Part shown: positions 24,849-37,056 of the stretch, in pieces
How positions within the stretch are numbered: the first letter of the stretch is position 1
How the letters are laid out: each line of letters starts with the position of its first letter
Assembly: GCF_001194135.2 (NCBI RefSeq)
Contig: NC_068997.1
Span: 50,456,583-50,520,582 of the forward strand
Direction: 5' to 3'
Length of the DNA: 64,000 nt
Source: Octopus bimaculoides
Lineage: Eukaryota
Program-made: the position numbers and the translations under genes
The notes under the pieces: generated by a model
The model's database searches: none
What the model was told of the DNA's origin: nothing
Seen by the model: the letters and a program-made list of their open reading frames with translations, nothing else

Positions 24849-24870
24849 CTTCACCAATCTTTCGGTAAAA
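24849..24870 (-). CDS. PDK: PDK coding exon 4a, 5' part only (rest in N-gap 24392-24848)
   Basis: Acceptor TAGTTTTATATTTTCCAG, then T TTT ACC GAA AGA TTG GTG AAG = (N)FTERLVK, in phase with exon 3 (AA|T). The expected continuation (IRNRH...TMAQ-like) would fall in the gap. Confidence 0.8.
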
Positions 24871-27660
24871 CTGGAAAATATAAAACTACGTCGCTAAAAC
24901 CAACAGTGCAGAGAACATGTCTTCGCACTTTCACCATCATATTTGCAATATATTTTTTTTTTTTACTGAAGTCATTTTTTTTGCTTCTTTTCATATAAAT
25001 ATGTACATATATATATATATATATATATACAAATATATATATCATATACATAGGCATATATATACACATATATGTGTTTGTGTGTGTATGCATGTGTGTG
25101 TATGCATGTGTGTATATATATATATATATATATACACATACATGCATATATAAATATATATATATACATATATGCGAACACATTCATATGTTTCACTTTT
25201 GAATTTGTTAAGCTTCAGAAGATACAACTCAATTCATCTAAAAATGAGATATGCGATATATATATTTGTCACTGAAAGTACTCAATACAGCATTAAAAAT
25301 CAAACAGAGCCATAACAACAATGTCTGTGTGAAAGAAAATAGAACAGAGCAGAAGATTCTTTAATATATATCATACGATACAGATAAACAGATATATATA
25401 TAAAGACACATACGTATACATATATATGTGTATATATATTTATGTGTGTATACATATATGTGTGTTTTTGTTTTTGGCATTTTTTAGTAAAGAGTTTGTT
25501 TTTTTAGTATTTTTGTCATTAATTTATTTGTTTGTTTTGTGTATAAATTTATAGTAAATATATAGGTTAGTGTGTTGAAGAGCAGAGATTACAATAGATA
25601 CATATGTTTCTTCATGTCAGAGTTTGTGTGGCTGTGTACAGGTAAATATATTGGTGAATGAAATTCAAAGTCTGATTTTCATGTTATATTTTTGTGTTTT
25701 TTACAATATTACAATACTACATATTATGAAAATACAAGTACTTTCATGCCTTCTGTAATCTTCAGGTTGGTTTATATAGTAGCAGTATTAATCAACAGTT
25801 AATAACAATAATGAAATGACTGCATTATCATTTAAATACCTTCCAATAGACTCCAGGGGGCTGAATCCTTTGAACTATATTTCAAACAATCAGCATGCAG
25901 TTTAGACACCACAGTTTGGTGATCATGCCAACCCAATTAACATGGACAGAGTCTTATCCTTAGAATGATTTCAACCAATCAGCATGCAGCTTAGGCATCA
26001 CTGCCTGATGAAGCTTGTTAGAAGGTATTTAAAGAATAAATTCAGTTGTTTCACTACAGATGTCAATTGTGAAGCAGAACAGTCAGTGTATATATATATA
26101 ATTAATTATATGTATGCAAACATGGTTTCTTTTTACTGAAAAGAGACAAAATATACACCATTGTTTTCTTCACATAAACTATAACAAAATGAGAGAGAGA
26201 GAGAAAGAGAAAAGAAAGAAAGGAAAAGGAAAATCAAGATGAGGTGTTTCTGTATTTATGTATTTGTGAATGAACGAAGAGATGTCTGGGGGTGAGGGTG
26301 GGGGGTTTCAAAGGAATGCGAAAGATCTTCAATAGAAAAGAAACTATGATGAAAATTATGCAAAAGTGCCGTAAATCCAAAACTTTGCTTTTTCAGAAAA
26401 CGATAAAATAGTTTCACCGTTCCATAGCGAAACTGTTGTACAACACTTTGACAATTTTTTTGATATCTTGGCATCGGAAGCAGCTGAAGATACGATAGTT
26501 TAACCAAAAGAACCCGCTATTGCAAGCAAACATAAATATTGAAAAAAAATGCATTTGGGCATACAACAGTTTAACATAATAGCAATGATACACACACACA
26601 CACAGTCTACTGTCTTATGATGAGTGGGATCAACAAAAAAATGCATTCCAGCCAGTAAAAGTTATCCTTTAAAAAGCACAATGAAATGTGAGCTATTAGA
26701 AGTTTCATGCTCTGATAGTACAATAGTCAGATAAACTTGTCAGCCAGAATGATTGCATGATTGTACATCCTGTAATTATTAAATTTTACACACACATATA
26801 CATACATCTATGCATACACACACACACACACACACATATATTCAGACACACACATATAGATACAAATATATATGTACACACACACACATATATATATATA
26901 TATATGTACACATATATGTATATGTCCATATATATATATGTGCATCTGTATGTATATATGGGTGTGTGTATATATACATACATATACATATATATACACA
27001 TACATATATATACATATACATGTATGTATATATAGCTACATCCCTGGCAAGGCCTCTGCCAGGGATGTAGCCAGCCCACTTATGTGTAACATTCCTTCAT
27101 TGGACACTAAACTCTGCTTGCAATTAATGAGATTGTAAATAGCAATGAAAGAGCCCTGATGTACGGGGGCCAGTCAGGGGATTCTGGTATCGGCCACGTT
27201 TGGCTGGTGCTTTTTATGTGCCACCGGCATGAGAGCCAGACAGTGGGTACTGAGATCGGCCACAATGATAATCCTGTATTTTCTTTTATCAAAACCCATG
27301 AATTTTTCAGCACTACCGTGTGTGTGTGTGTGTTATTTTACTTATATGTTATCTTATTGCATATCTTTTAATTGCTTCACTCCTTTGACTGTAGAATTGC
27401 TGTAGCAACTGCAACAAAGTTGTAATTAGTGTAAATATCATTCAGATGTCATCTTCCTATCGAAATAATCATTTCACCAAGATGCAGGTCTGAAGAAGTG
27501 CCACTCTAATGTTTAAAACCTAAATATTCCCTTGGAATTTTTAGCATGAACTGGCATTGAAAGCAGATTTGGTACAGAAACAATTGACTGATTGTTGAAG
27601 ATGTGTTAAAGTCACTTTTTGTCTTCTTGTTTGGATTATTTTTTACAATTTCCTAAACCT

Positions 27661-28060
27661 GCTGTTGTTGTTGTTGTTGGCACTCTGTCGCTTACGACGT
27701 CGAGGGTTCCAGTTGATCCAATCAACAGAAAAGTCTGCTCATGAAATTAACGTGCAAGTGGCTGAGCACTCCACAGACACGTGTACCCTTAACGTAGTTC
27801 TTGGGGATATTCAGCATGACACAGTGTGACAAGGCTGACCCTTTGAATTACAAGCACAACAGAAACAGGATGTAAGAGTGAGAGAAAGTTGTGGTGAAAG
27901 AGTACAGCAGGGTTCGCCACCATCCCCTGCCGGAGCCTCGTGGAGCTTTGGGTGTTTTTGCTCAATAAACACTCACAACGCCCGGTCTGGGAATCGAAAC
28001 CGCGATCCTATGATTGCGAGTCCACTGCCCTAACCACTGGGCCATTCATTGCGCCTCCAC
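27661..28060 (-). mobile_element. tRNA-derived SINE family C
   Basis: Head (minus strand) GTGGAGGCGCAATG...GCCCAGTGGTTAGGGCAG...GGTTTCGATTCCCAGACC, (CAA)n tail and 11-bp TSD TTCCTAAACCT (27650-27660, 28061-28071). Confidence 0.88.
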
Positions 28061-28849
28061 TTCCTAAACCTATACAATAGTCTTACTGTTGTTATATCTG
28101 GATTTTCTAAACCTGAAGAATTTTGATATAACATAAGATGTTACAATATCTTTGAACCAGTTACAATGGCCATAGATATTTCTATAAAAAGCTATGTTCT
28201 AAACATAATTTGTGTTGTTTCTGAATAAATTCAAAAGATAGAAAATTTACCCAAATAACTTCAAGTTTAATTGTGTCAGCTGTCATTCATTTTATTGTTT
28301 TACACACGTACACAGATATATCAATATCATCGTTTAACATTCGTGTTCCACACACACAATAATGAAAAAGATGGTGTATAAAGAAAATGAAAATGAAATT
28401 TTATATATAGAGCTCAGAGTTTGTAAAATTGTGTATAGATAGATAAATATTGCAGTCAATCAAATTCCGGCATGCGAAAATCAGACGTTGTTAGAATGTC
28501 ACACGCGCGCATGCACACACACAGACACACACACACACAAAAGAAAAAAAATTGCTGCCACCATATTGGGCTGGAATAAATATAGAATCTATAAATATCA
28601 CAAAGAAATATATCTTGTCTGCGAAATTAATTAAATGAAATGAGATGGTCGCCCTGCAAAATGAACCAATTATTATTATCAGCTGAAATTGTTAGAATTG
28701 GTGGAATATCACTTGGATTAGCAGAATCGGTAGATCATCAGAGAAAATGCCGAGTGGCATTTTCAGATGGATTGGTAGAATACCAGGAAGAATACCTAGT
28801 GGTATTCAGTTCCATCCTTTTACAAGCCTGCTTGAATTAAAATCCCTCT

Positions 28850-29690
28850 GGGTAGGTTCCCTGCACAGTTAAAGATCAGCACTTCTTTACACACCTGTCC
28901 TCGTCCATATGCATCACATTCCAGCACAGTCATCTCTCTTGCACACCACATCTGATGCCTCTTATGCCTAACTTTTCTCTCAAGATGCTTACACTTTGTC
29001 GAACATGCACACTGACACTGTACATCCAGCGAAGATACTGGCTTCATTTCTTCCAAGCCTATGCATGTCCTCAGCTGCTACAGCCCATGTTTCACTGCCA
29101 TGCAGCATAGCTGTTCACACACAGGCATCAAACAATCTGCTTTTCACCCTGAGAGAGAGCCCCTTTGTTACCAGTAGGAACTTTGCCCAGCCTAATCTTA
29201 TTCTCACAGCTATGCTCTCGGAGCATCCACCTCTACTACTAACTTGGTCACCTAGATAACAGAAGCTATCTACTACCTCTCGCTTGCCCCCATGGCAGTT
29301 AATGGAACTTATTTTCTGCCCACTTTCAGTGTTTATTGTACCTGTGCATCTTCCACATACAAAAGCTAGTTTCCCCGTTAACCTTCCTCTGATATTACTG
29401 CACCTTTTATGTGTCCAAAGCTTACACTGGGTGCATGTTATGGAGTTTCTACCTACATCTTTTCCACAGATTGAGCAGGGCCACCTACCTGAAGGGATTT
29501 GTGATTTGTCTGCCTTCCTACTTACTAAGACTGGTTTTTGCTAGGTTAAATCTAAGGCCCTTTGATTCATGACCTTGCTTCCATTCCTGGAACTTCTCTA
29601 GTTCAGATAGTGATTCGGCTATTAGAGCAAGATCTTCAGCATAGAGGAGCTCCCAGGGGCAGCCTGTCTTGAATTCTTCTGTTATTAGGG
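28850..29690 (-). mobile_element. RTE LINE reverse-transcriptase C-terminal fragment (decayed)
   Basis: GCPWELLYAEDLALIAES...KGLRFNLAKT (degenerate YADD) and LHGSETWA-like segment; reverse complement of the 39841-40110 sequence. Confidence 0.85.
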
Positions 29691-31160
29691 TGCGATGGGT
29701 AAATTGTCGCCATTTTATATTTTTAATTTCGCGCATGCACATTGTTTGTTTCTGATTTTGTGGACTACACAGTATAGTAGGGTCAGTTGGGCACTGTCTG
29801 TAAGAAAAACAGCACCATGACACAAAACCTCTTTTCTTTTGCTGATGAAAATGTTAAGGTCTTTGTGTCCCCACTGAAGCGGAAAGTGAATATGTAGTTT
29901 TGATGAGTTTTGCCTTTCATTCTTTCGGGGTTGATAAAATAAGTACCAGTTGAGTACGGGGGTTCATTATTGCTCACCCCCAAAATTGTTGGCCATGTGC
30001 CAAAATTCGAAACCAATATTATAATAATATTAATAGGGTCTGCTTTCAAAGAGGGGTTAAAAAAGAAAGTTTCTTTGTTTTTTGCTTTTTTATTAATTAA
30101 TTTTTTTCATGGTTTTTGATTCCAGTTCTTTGATGATATTTCAATAACAACTACAAGATTTTCAACATTTTTGGCATTTAACATAAAAAAAAAAAGAATG
30201 TGGCTATCAGTATTTCTTGCCAAAATATTTTCAACACACTTAATAGAATCTATGAGTTATTGTTTAACTATGAAAAAATAACATGCAACTAGACAGGGAA
30301 ATATTTCACTAGTTACCTATAAATAAAAACATGGAACTAGACAGGAAAGCTATTTTGTTGGCTAAACTAGCCGAAAGGAACGGAACTAAACAAGCTTCTG
30401 AAGTCATGACTGGACGAAATTCCTAAGTTTTGCTCTGCTTTTTATAGCATTTTACATCCATTTCTTTCTTTCTTTTTTTCCTTTTGTTGAAGCAGTTATA
30501 TTTACATAAATTAAACAAAAATGATCGAAGAGAAACAGCTAAGATTGGCCAGGGGTATATGTCCATTTGAACAACAAATCTAGGTATAGCAAATACCATA
30601 CAAGATAAATTATTGATTTATTAAAATTATCTCCATCTGTTGAGGATGTATCGTAATTGGCACAGAGAGAGAAGAGAAACAGGTGTGTTGATGATGTAAA
30701 GGAGATACTAGAGGAAAAACGAGAGAAGAAGAGAGAGCGATCAAGAATGAGAGCAGATACATGGCTAGCCATGTATCCACATATCTAAACACACACTCAC
30801 ACTGCAACACAAAGTTTGTTATAAGTGGTGCATAGTAATTAGTGTATATATTTGCTATTCGTTGTTGCCTTGGCAGCAAAGTTTATGCTTTTAATAAATA
30901 TAAAACTACCTTGAGCAGTGAAATAAGAAGTAATTCAGAAATAAATGGACAAAACTATAAACACACCAGTGAGGGATGGGGTGAGGGAAGAAAGAAATGA
31001 AAGAAATATGAAACGGTCTGAGAAAGATTTTCTCAAATAGAAGAAAGTGAGAATGAACTGAATTATAAGAGAGAAGCAGGAGAGAGGGAAATCAGATGTA
31101 TATTGGGTGTATGTACTTGCATAGCAAGTGACCTGATCTGAGATCGTGTGCTAGAACGAA

Positions 31161-31387
31161 AACAATTGCAGCGTGGAAGGTGTTTATAAGCCATTTAAAA
31201 TAACACACAAAAACCATTAGTTTCACTTCAACATTTAAATTTAATTTTCCTGGAATTTTGTCAGTAAACAGGTTGCAGTCTCAAAGCGCCGAAAATATTT
31301 TGGAAAATTAAATTTAAATGTTGAAGTGAAACTAATGGTTTTTGTGTGTTTTTAAATGGCTTATAAACACTTTCCATGCTGCAATTG

Positions 31388-31389
<2 letters not shown>
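31161..31389. mobile_element. Fold-back MITE
   Basis: ~90-bp inverted arms (31161-31250 and 31302-31389) around a ~51-nt spacer, abutting a (TA)n tract. Confidence 0.8.
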
Positions 31390-31464
<75 letters not shown>

Positions 31465-31799
31465 TATATACATATGTGTGGGTGTGTATGTATGTTACAT
31501 GGATGTATATAAATAAATGCATGCAGGTGTATGAGTGTGTAAAAGAGAGAAGGAGAGAGAAGACTGAATGGTGTAAAGGAGGAGTTGGTTGTGAAGGGAG
31601 GGAGTAATTTTAATGCGGAAACAATGAGACATGGGAATGTGTGTGTGTGTGTGTGTGTGTGTATGTGATGTGTGAATATCTGTGCATGTGAGTGTATGTG
31701 TGATATCTATGTTTATACATGTATGTATGGATGTGTGTGTGGGGGTGTAGGTGTGTGTGTGTATGTTCAATGTTAATTAAAACCAAACGTCACACTTAC

Positions 31800-31871
31800 T
31801 TTTCAAGCATTTCATTATCGTCAGGGTCAGCATTTTCATATGTAAGGATCTCTTTGAAACTCAGCTGATAC
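31800..31871 (-). CDS. PDK: PDK coding exon 3
   Basis: 72 nt, donor GTAAGT, phase 2-2. Encodes (W)YQLSFKEILTYENADPDDNEMLE(N) and joins exon 2 in frame (TG|G = Trp). Confidence 0.92.
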
Positions 31872-31927
31872 CTACACAAAGACAAAGAAAACACATATTC
31901 ATTATAGTCAGTCACATAGTTTTACAT

Positions 31928-31982
<55 letters not shown>

Positions 31983-32269
31983 GGCGCAGGAGTGGCTGTG
32001 TGGTAAGTAGCTTGCTTGCCAACCACATGGTTCCGGGTTCAGTCCCACTGCGTGGCACCTTGGGCAATAGGAATAACCAATTATATCAATCCAATAATTA
32101 GACTGCTATATCATTTTTATTAACTCCACAATGAAAGGCAAACTCGACCTCATGCAGTATTTCAACTCTGAGTTGTTAAGAAGTTAAAAGAAACGCCTCT
32201 AAGTATTTTGTCAGACATTCACTAACAACTCTGCCAGCTGACCACCTTTAATGGCCTCAATTTTGGCAC

Positions 32270-32660
32270 AAAGACAACAATTTTAGGGGCAGGGTTTAGA
32301 TGTTTACATCAATCCCAGTACTTGGCTGGTATACTATTTTATGGACTCCGGAAGGATGAGAGGTAAAGTTGACCTCAGTGGAATTTGAACTCAGGAATGT
32401 AAAGAGCCTTTTGGCGGATGCAGTAATGTTTTTGCCAACTTGCTGCCTTAATAATGATTTCAGATTTTGGCACAAGGCCAGCAAGCTCGGGGCAGGGAAA
32501 AGTTGATTACATTAACCCCAGTGCTCAACTGGTACTTATTTTATCAACCCCAAAAGGATGAAAGAGGCAAGGTTGACTTTGGTAGTATTTGAACTCAGAG
32601 GAAATGCTGCTGAGCATTTTATCCGGCATACTAACAATTCTGCCAGCTTACCCTCAAAAT
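32270..32660 (-). mobile_element. Two tandem degenerate copies of SINE family D
   Basis: Reverse complement of the GGTCGACTTTGCCTTTCATCC...AAATAAGTACCAG core twice. Other copies near 13410-13550 (-), 29905-30012 (+), 37845-38000 (+), 39620-39812 (+), 59850-60040 (-) and 63340-63500 (+). Confidence 0.7.
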
Positions 32661-33782
32661 TACTGGCCTTCAACCCTGCAACAAAACCAGCATCCCATCC
32701 AGGGGAAATGTTGTGATCACTTTTATGCCAAAGAAACCAGGTAAACCGGCCTTTTCGTTCCTAGGGTTTGAGAATTAAAGAATGATAAAAGATATTTTGC
32801 TCAATACAGCTCCTGGAGAACCTCCTTTAATCTGTTTGGTGGGTGGGAGAGTCTTTAAGTAGCATTAGTAAAGACAAGCAGAAAAAAGACAAAAAAAAAT
32901 GAACTAATAAAAAAGAAAAGATAACATTTTCTGGACTGATTCTTGTGAATAAAAACCATTGAAACTATCTCTCACAGTATGAATTCGAGCCCTCATAAAA
33001 ACCAACCCCCCATGATGCACAGCTAATAGGGGTTAACTAGGTCAGGATAAAGATATTTTATCAGTAAAATGTCAAGTGGTGATGGTGATGGTGGTGGTGG
33101 TGGGGGTTGTGTCTGTGGTGGTGGACTGTGATGATAATAGCAGTGGTGTTTGTGGTGGTATTTGTGGTGGTAGAGGTGTTGGTGGTTGTGGTAGTGGTGG
33201 TGGTGGTGGTATTGGTAGTGGTAGTGGATGGAGGTTGGAGGTGAAAATATCAAAGAGAAAGTTGTCATTTATCATCTTAGATAGGAATTGATTTAATGTA
33301 AAACAAATGACTGGTAGCAGGTGGGAATGGGGGGAGGGGTAAATCAGTTTAGTGGGAGCAGAAGGGGGTGTTAAGGGAGTATCTAAATCTCATCTCTGTA
33401 ACTCTTTAACTAGGATCAGCTCCAGAACTACGGCCATGCTGGAGCATTGTTGTCATCTGTTTATTTTTCAGTCCTCCTCCTCCCCCCGTCACCACCACCA
33501 TGACCATCACCATCCAGAATATAAATTGCAGTCGTGGCAGATATTGGTGTCACGCAACAGGCACTCATGCTGGTGGCACATAAAAGCACCCCCTACACTC
33601 TCAGAGTGGTCGGCGTTAGGGAGGGCATCCAGCCGTAGAAACGAGGCAAAACCAAACTCAAGTCTGGTGCAACCCCTCAGCTTACCAGCCCAGTCAAACC
33701 GTCCAACCCATGCCAGCATGAACAACAAGCATTAAATGACGATGATGATGATGACGATGACGATATGTTATGATGTTATACA

Positions 33783-34014
33783 TTAGCACTTTAGCATTTA
33801 ATCCAGCCACATCGGGGCCCAAATATTCTACCTGTTTTATGTTAAAATGGACCAGATCCAACCTCTCACACCTACCCTACAATGTCATTCTAAAAATACA
33901 CAAAGAAGACATCACTGAAATCTTGAAGCTACCAGAAAATGCATCATTAATTGAAAGCAATGTAACTAAATACGCATTACTTTTGACAGATTAATTTGGA
34001 TGCCAAAGAGTTAA
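33783..34014. mobile_element. TTAA-flanked (piggyBac-like) MITE
   Basis: Termini TTAgCaCTTTAGCAT ... ATGCCAAAGAGTTAA. Related copies at 45400-45553, and fragments at 56835 and 57590-57815. Confidence 0.55.
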
Positions 34015-34675
34015 TGCACGATTAGTTAATGATTGGATAACTGGCAACAGAATAATTTCAAATCTCATTATTGTCATTGCATTGTTTCTATGAATAGCTG
34101 ATCTGAAACAGGCATGTTCTAATGAGGGAGCCTTTATGCTTGTGGTTCTCATACCTTTGGTAGCTCAGTGAATGGAGTTTAACAAATGTCCTCACCCTTT
34201 TGTTTTGTACTTCCCTGCCACTCTTGCTGATTAATTAAACAGAAGCTAATTTCGTACAGAGGTTTATATTATCTGTATGTCTTTGTAATGCTTTACATTA
34301 CCCAATCCAGTAGATGCTTCTTTTCAGGCACTCTATGTGGTCTCTTGAACGACAATAAGAAATAACAGCTAACTCTTTATCTTTCTCAAATCATCATCAT
34401 CGTCATTTAGTGTCTATTTACCATGCTGGCATGGGTTGGATGGTTTGAGAAGAGCTGGCAAGCTCGACAGGCTGCACTTGGCTCCATTTCTCTGTTTTGG
34501 CATGGTTTCTTTGGCTGGATGCCCTTCCTAATGCCAACCAGTTTGCAGAGTATACTGGATGCTTTTAATGTGGTGCCAGCATGGGCACTTTATATGTAGT
34601 GCTGGCACAGGTGCTCTTTTACATGGCGCCAGCGTGGGTGTTTTTTAAGTGGTGCCAAACATGCCAGATAATGAT

Positions 34676-35056
34676 GTTGGCACTCCATCGCTTACGATGT
34701 CGAGGGTTCCAGTCGATCCGATCAATGGAACAGCCTGCTTGTGAAATTAACGTGCAAGTGGCTGAGCACTCCACAGACACGTGTACCCTTAACGTAGTTC
34801 TCTGGAATATTCAGTGTGACAGAGTATGACAAGGCTGACCCTTTGAATTACAGGCACAACAGAAACAGGAAGTAAGAGCGAGAGAAAGTTGTGGTGAAAG
34901 AGTACAGCAGGGTTCGCCATCATCCCCTGCCGGAGCCTCGTGGAGCTTTAGGTGTTTTCGCTCAATAAAAACTCACAACGCCCGGTCTGGGAATCGAAAT
35001 TGCGATCCTATGACCGCGAGTCCGCTGCCCTAACCACTGGGCCATTGCGCCTCCAC
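34676..35056 (-). mobile_element. tRNA-derived SINE family C
   Basis: Highly similar to 27661-28060; 11-bp TSD CAGATAATGAT (34665-34675, 35057-35067). Confidence 0.9.
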
Positions 35057-36613
35057 CAGATAATGATAGTCTGAGATAAACTATGTATGAGTAAATGATG
35101 GAACGGTTATGTATGGAATAACTTCAACTAAAGACAGCTGAATGTAGATACAAGCAACAACACAAACAGCACACATCGAACGTGTAGTAATCCTTCCAAT
35201 GCTGGAAGACTAATAAGCCAGCATTAATGAACTCGGGGGAAAATCCCTTCTTACAAATATAGATAGGGGTTGCACTTCTGTATAGTATGGTCCTAGATGT
35301 ACTATGTCCATGGGAGATGTGGAGGAGAAAAAAGGCCATCACTTGAGAATCTTTTGATCAAAATGTCTGCTGGATCAGGGCTGATCTTGGCAGCAAACAA
35401 CAATAACGGATCATTGTTGATGATGAGCATGACAATGATGATGATGATGATACATCAGCTCTTCTTGAATGAATGTATGTGTATTATTTGTTAATGTCTA
35501 TTTGTATTTTAAGTATATGTTTGGGTTTTTTCTGTTACACACACACACAGAGTAAATGATTGACAATTCCCATTTACCAACGCAATAATGGTATGCTTGC
35601 TCTCTCGCTCTCTCTCACTCACACACACACACCATCACAAATATACTATACATGGTGACTGGCAATCACATATACAAGCATATGTTCTCTCTCTCTCTTC
35701 TTCTTCTTCTTCTTCCCCTCATTCTTCCTCTCTTTCTCCTTACTCTTCCTTTCTCTCTCTCTCTCTCTCTCTTTCTTCATTCTTCTTGTCTCACTCCTTC
35801 CCCTCATTCTTCCTCTCTTTCTTCCCCACCCCTCACCTCTCTCTCTCACACACAAACACACTAACAACTGTCAATGCTATCAAATAACACAAGAATGAAA
35901 CCCAAGACTTCTCTGCTCTGCTCCTGTCCATCCTGTCCAAAACACTCTCAGCAAAAAAAAAAAAAAAATTATTCCACTTGACAAACTTTTTCCAGCACAC
36001 AATCACACACACACACACGTACAGACACAGATATACATGCACACACAATACTCAGTGGCCCCTTATATAATAACATGGCACACAAACTAGGTTATTTACT
36101 AAGACTCACACAATGGCTGATCAAGTCACACACCTTAACAAATAACACACAAACACTCACATGAACAGACACATACACACATATAGATAAAAAAAGCACA
36201 CATGTACACACACATAGATACACACACACACACACACACATATATATACATGCATATATATACACACATATATACATATATATATACATGCATATATATA
36301 CATACATACACATTTCCACTCACATAAAAATAGGCACAAATACACACACACAAATATAAACGTACACACACAGATATAAACACACACACATATGCAGACG
36401 TACACATAGACACACACACAATGGCTATAAGACCATTACAGAGCAAAGTCAGGAGGCTTGGGAGGGGGAGGGGTGTTATTGTCCTCTATCACATGACAAT
36501 GGGACAGCAGCCAGATTCAACATGTGACAAGATATAAAGACACATTGGGGGGATAATCTGTCCAAGCTATACTTAATTATTTCATTAAAACACTGGGGTT
36601 TTTTTCTTTCTTA

Positions 36614-36662
36614 ATTGGTCTGTCCTAGATTAATAGATTTATGCAAATGAGTCAAGATGGCG
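36614..36662. promoter_or_regulatory. Dense cluster of transcription-factor consensus motifs (candidate intronic enhancer)
   Basis: ATTGG (CCAAT) at 36614-36618, octamer ATGCAAAT at 36641-36648, AP-1 TGAGTCA at 36648-36654 and YY1-like CAAGATGGCG at 36653-36662. Motif matches only, no functional data. Confidence 0.4.
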
Positions 36663-36703
36663 CAGATTTGAAAATGCTTCCTGCATCAAGAAAACTGTTG
36701 CCT

Positions 36704-37056
36704 AAAGGTCAGTCCTGTTTGATATGACCTCTGACCAGCAGTCAGTTTTGATTAAGTTGACCTTTGACCAAAGGTCAACCCTGATCAAGTTAGTCTTTGG
36801 CCTAAAGGTCAGTCCTGATTGAGTTGACTTATGACCAAAGGTCAGTTTTGATTAAGTAGCCCTATCACCAAAGTTGACCTATGGCCAGAGGTCAGTCTTC
36901 AATGGGTTGACATGAGACCCAAAATCAACCATGACTGTCCAGGCCTATTTTCAAAAGTCAGCTCTAATTAAGCTGACTTATGTCCAAAGGTCAACCCTGA
37001 TCAAGTTGACTTTTGACCAGATGTCAACACTGACTGAGATGACAATTGACCAAAGG
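36704..37056. repeat. Degenerate 33-bp tandem array rich in AGGTCA/TGACCT
   Basis: ~10-11 units, consensus AAAGGTCAGTCCTGATCAAGTTGACCTTTGACC. Confidence 0.85.

Noticed and set aside
27960-28060. tRNA genes in the heads at 27960-28060, 34960-35056, 46230-46323 and 59186-59250
   Set aside because: They continue into SINE bodies (three with TSDs) and lack a complete cloverleaf; they are tRNA-derived SINE heads.
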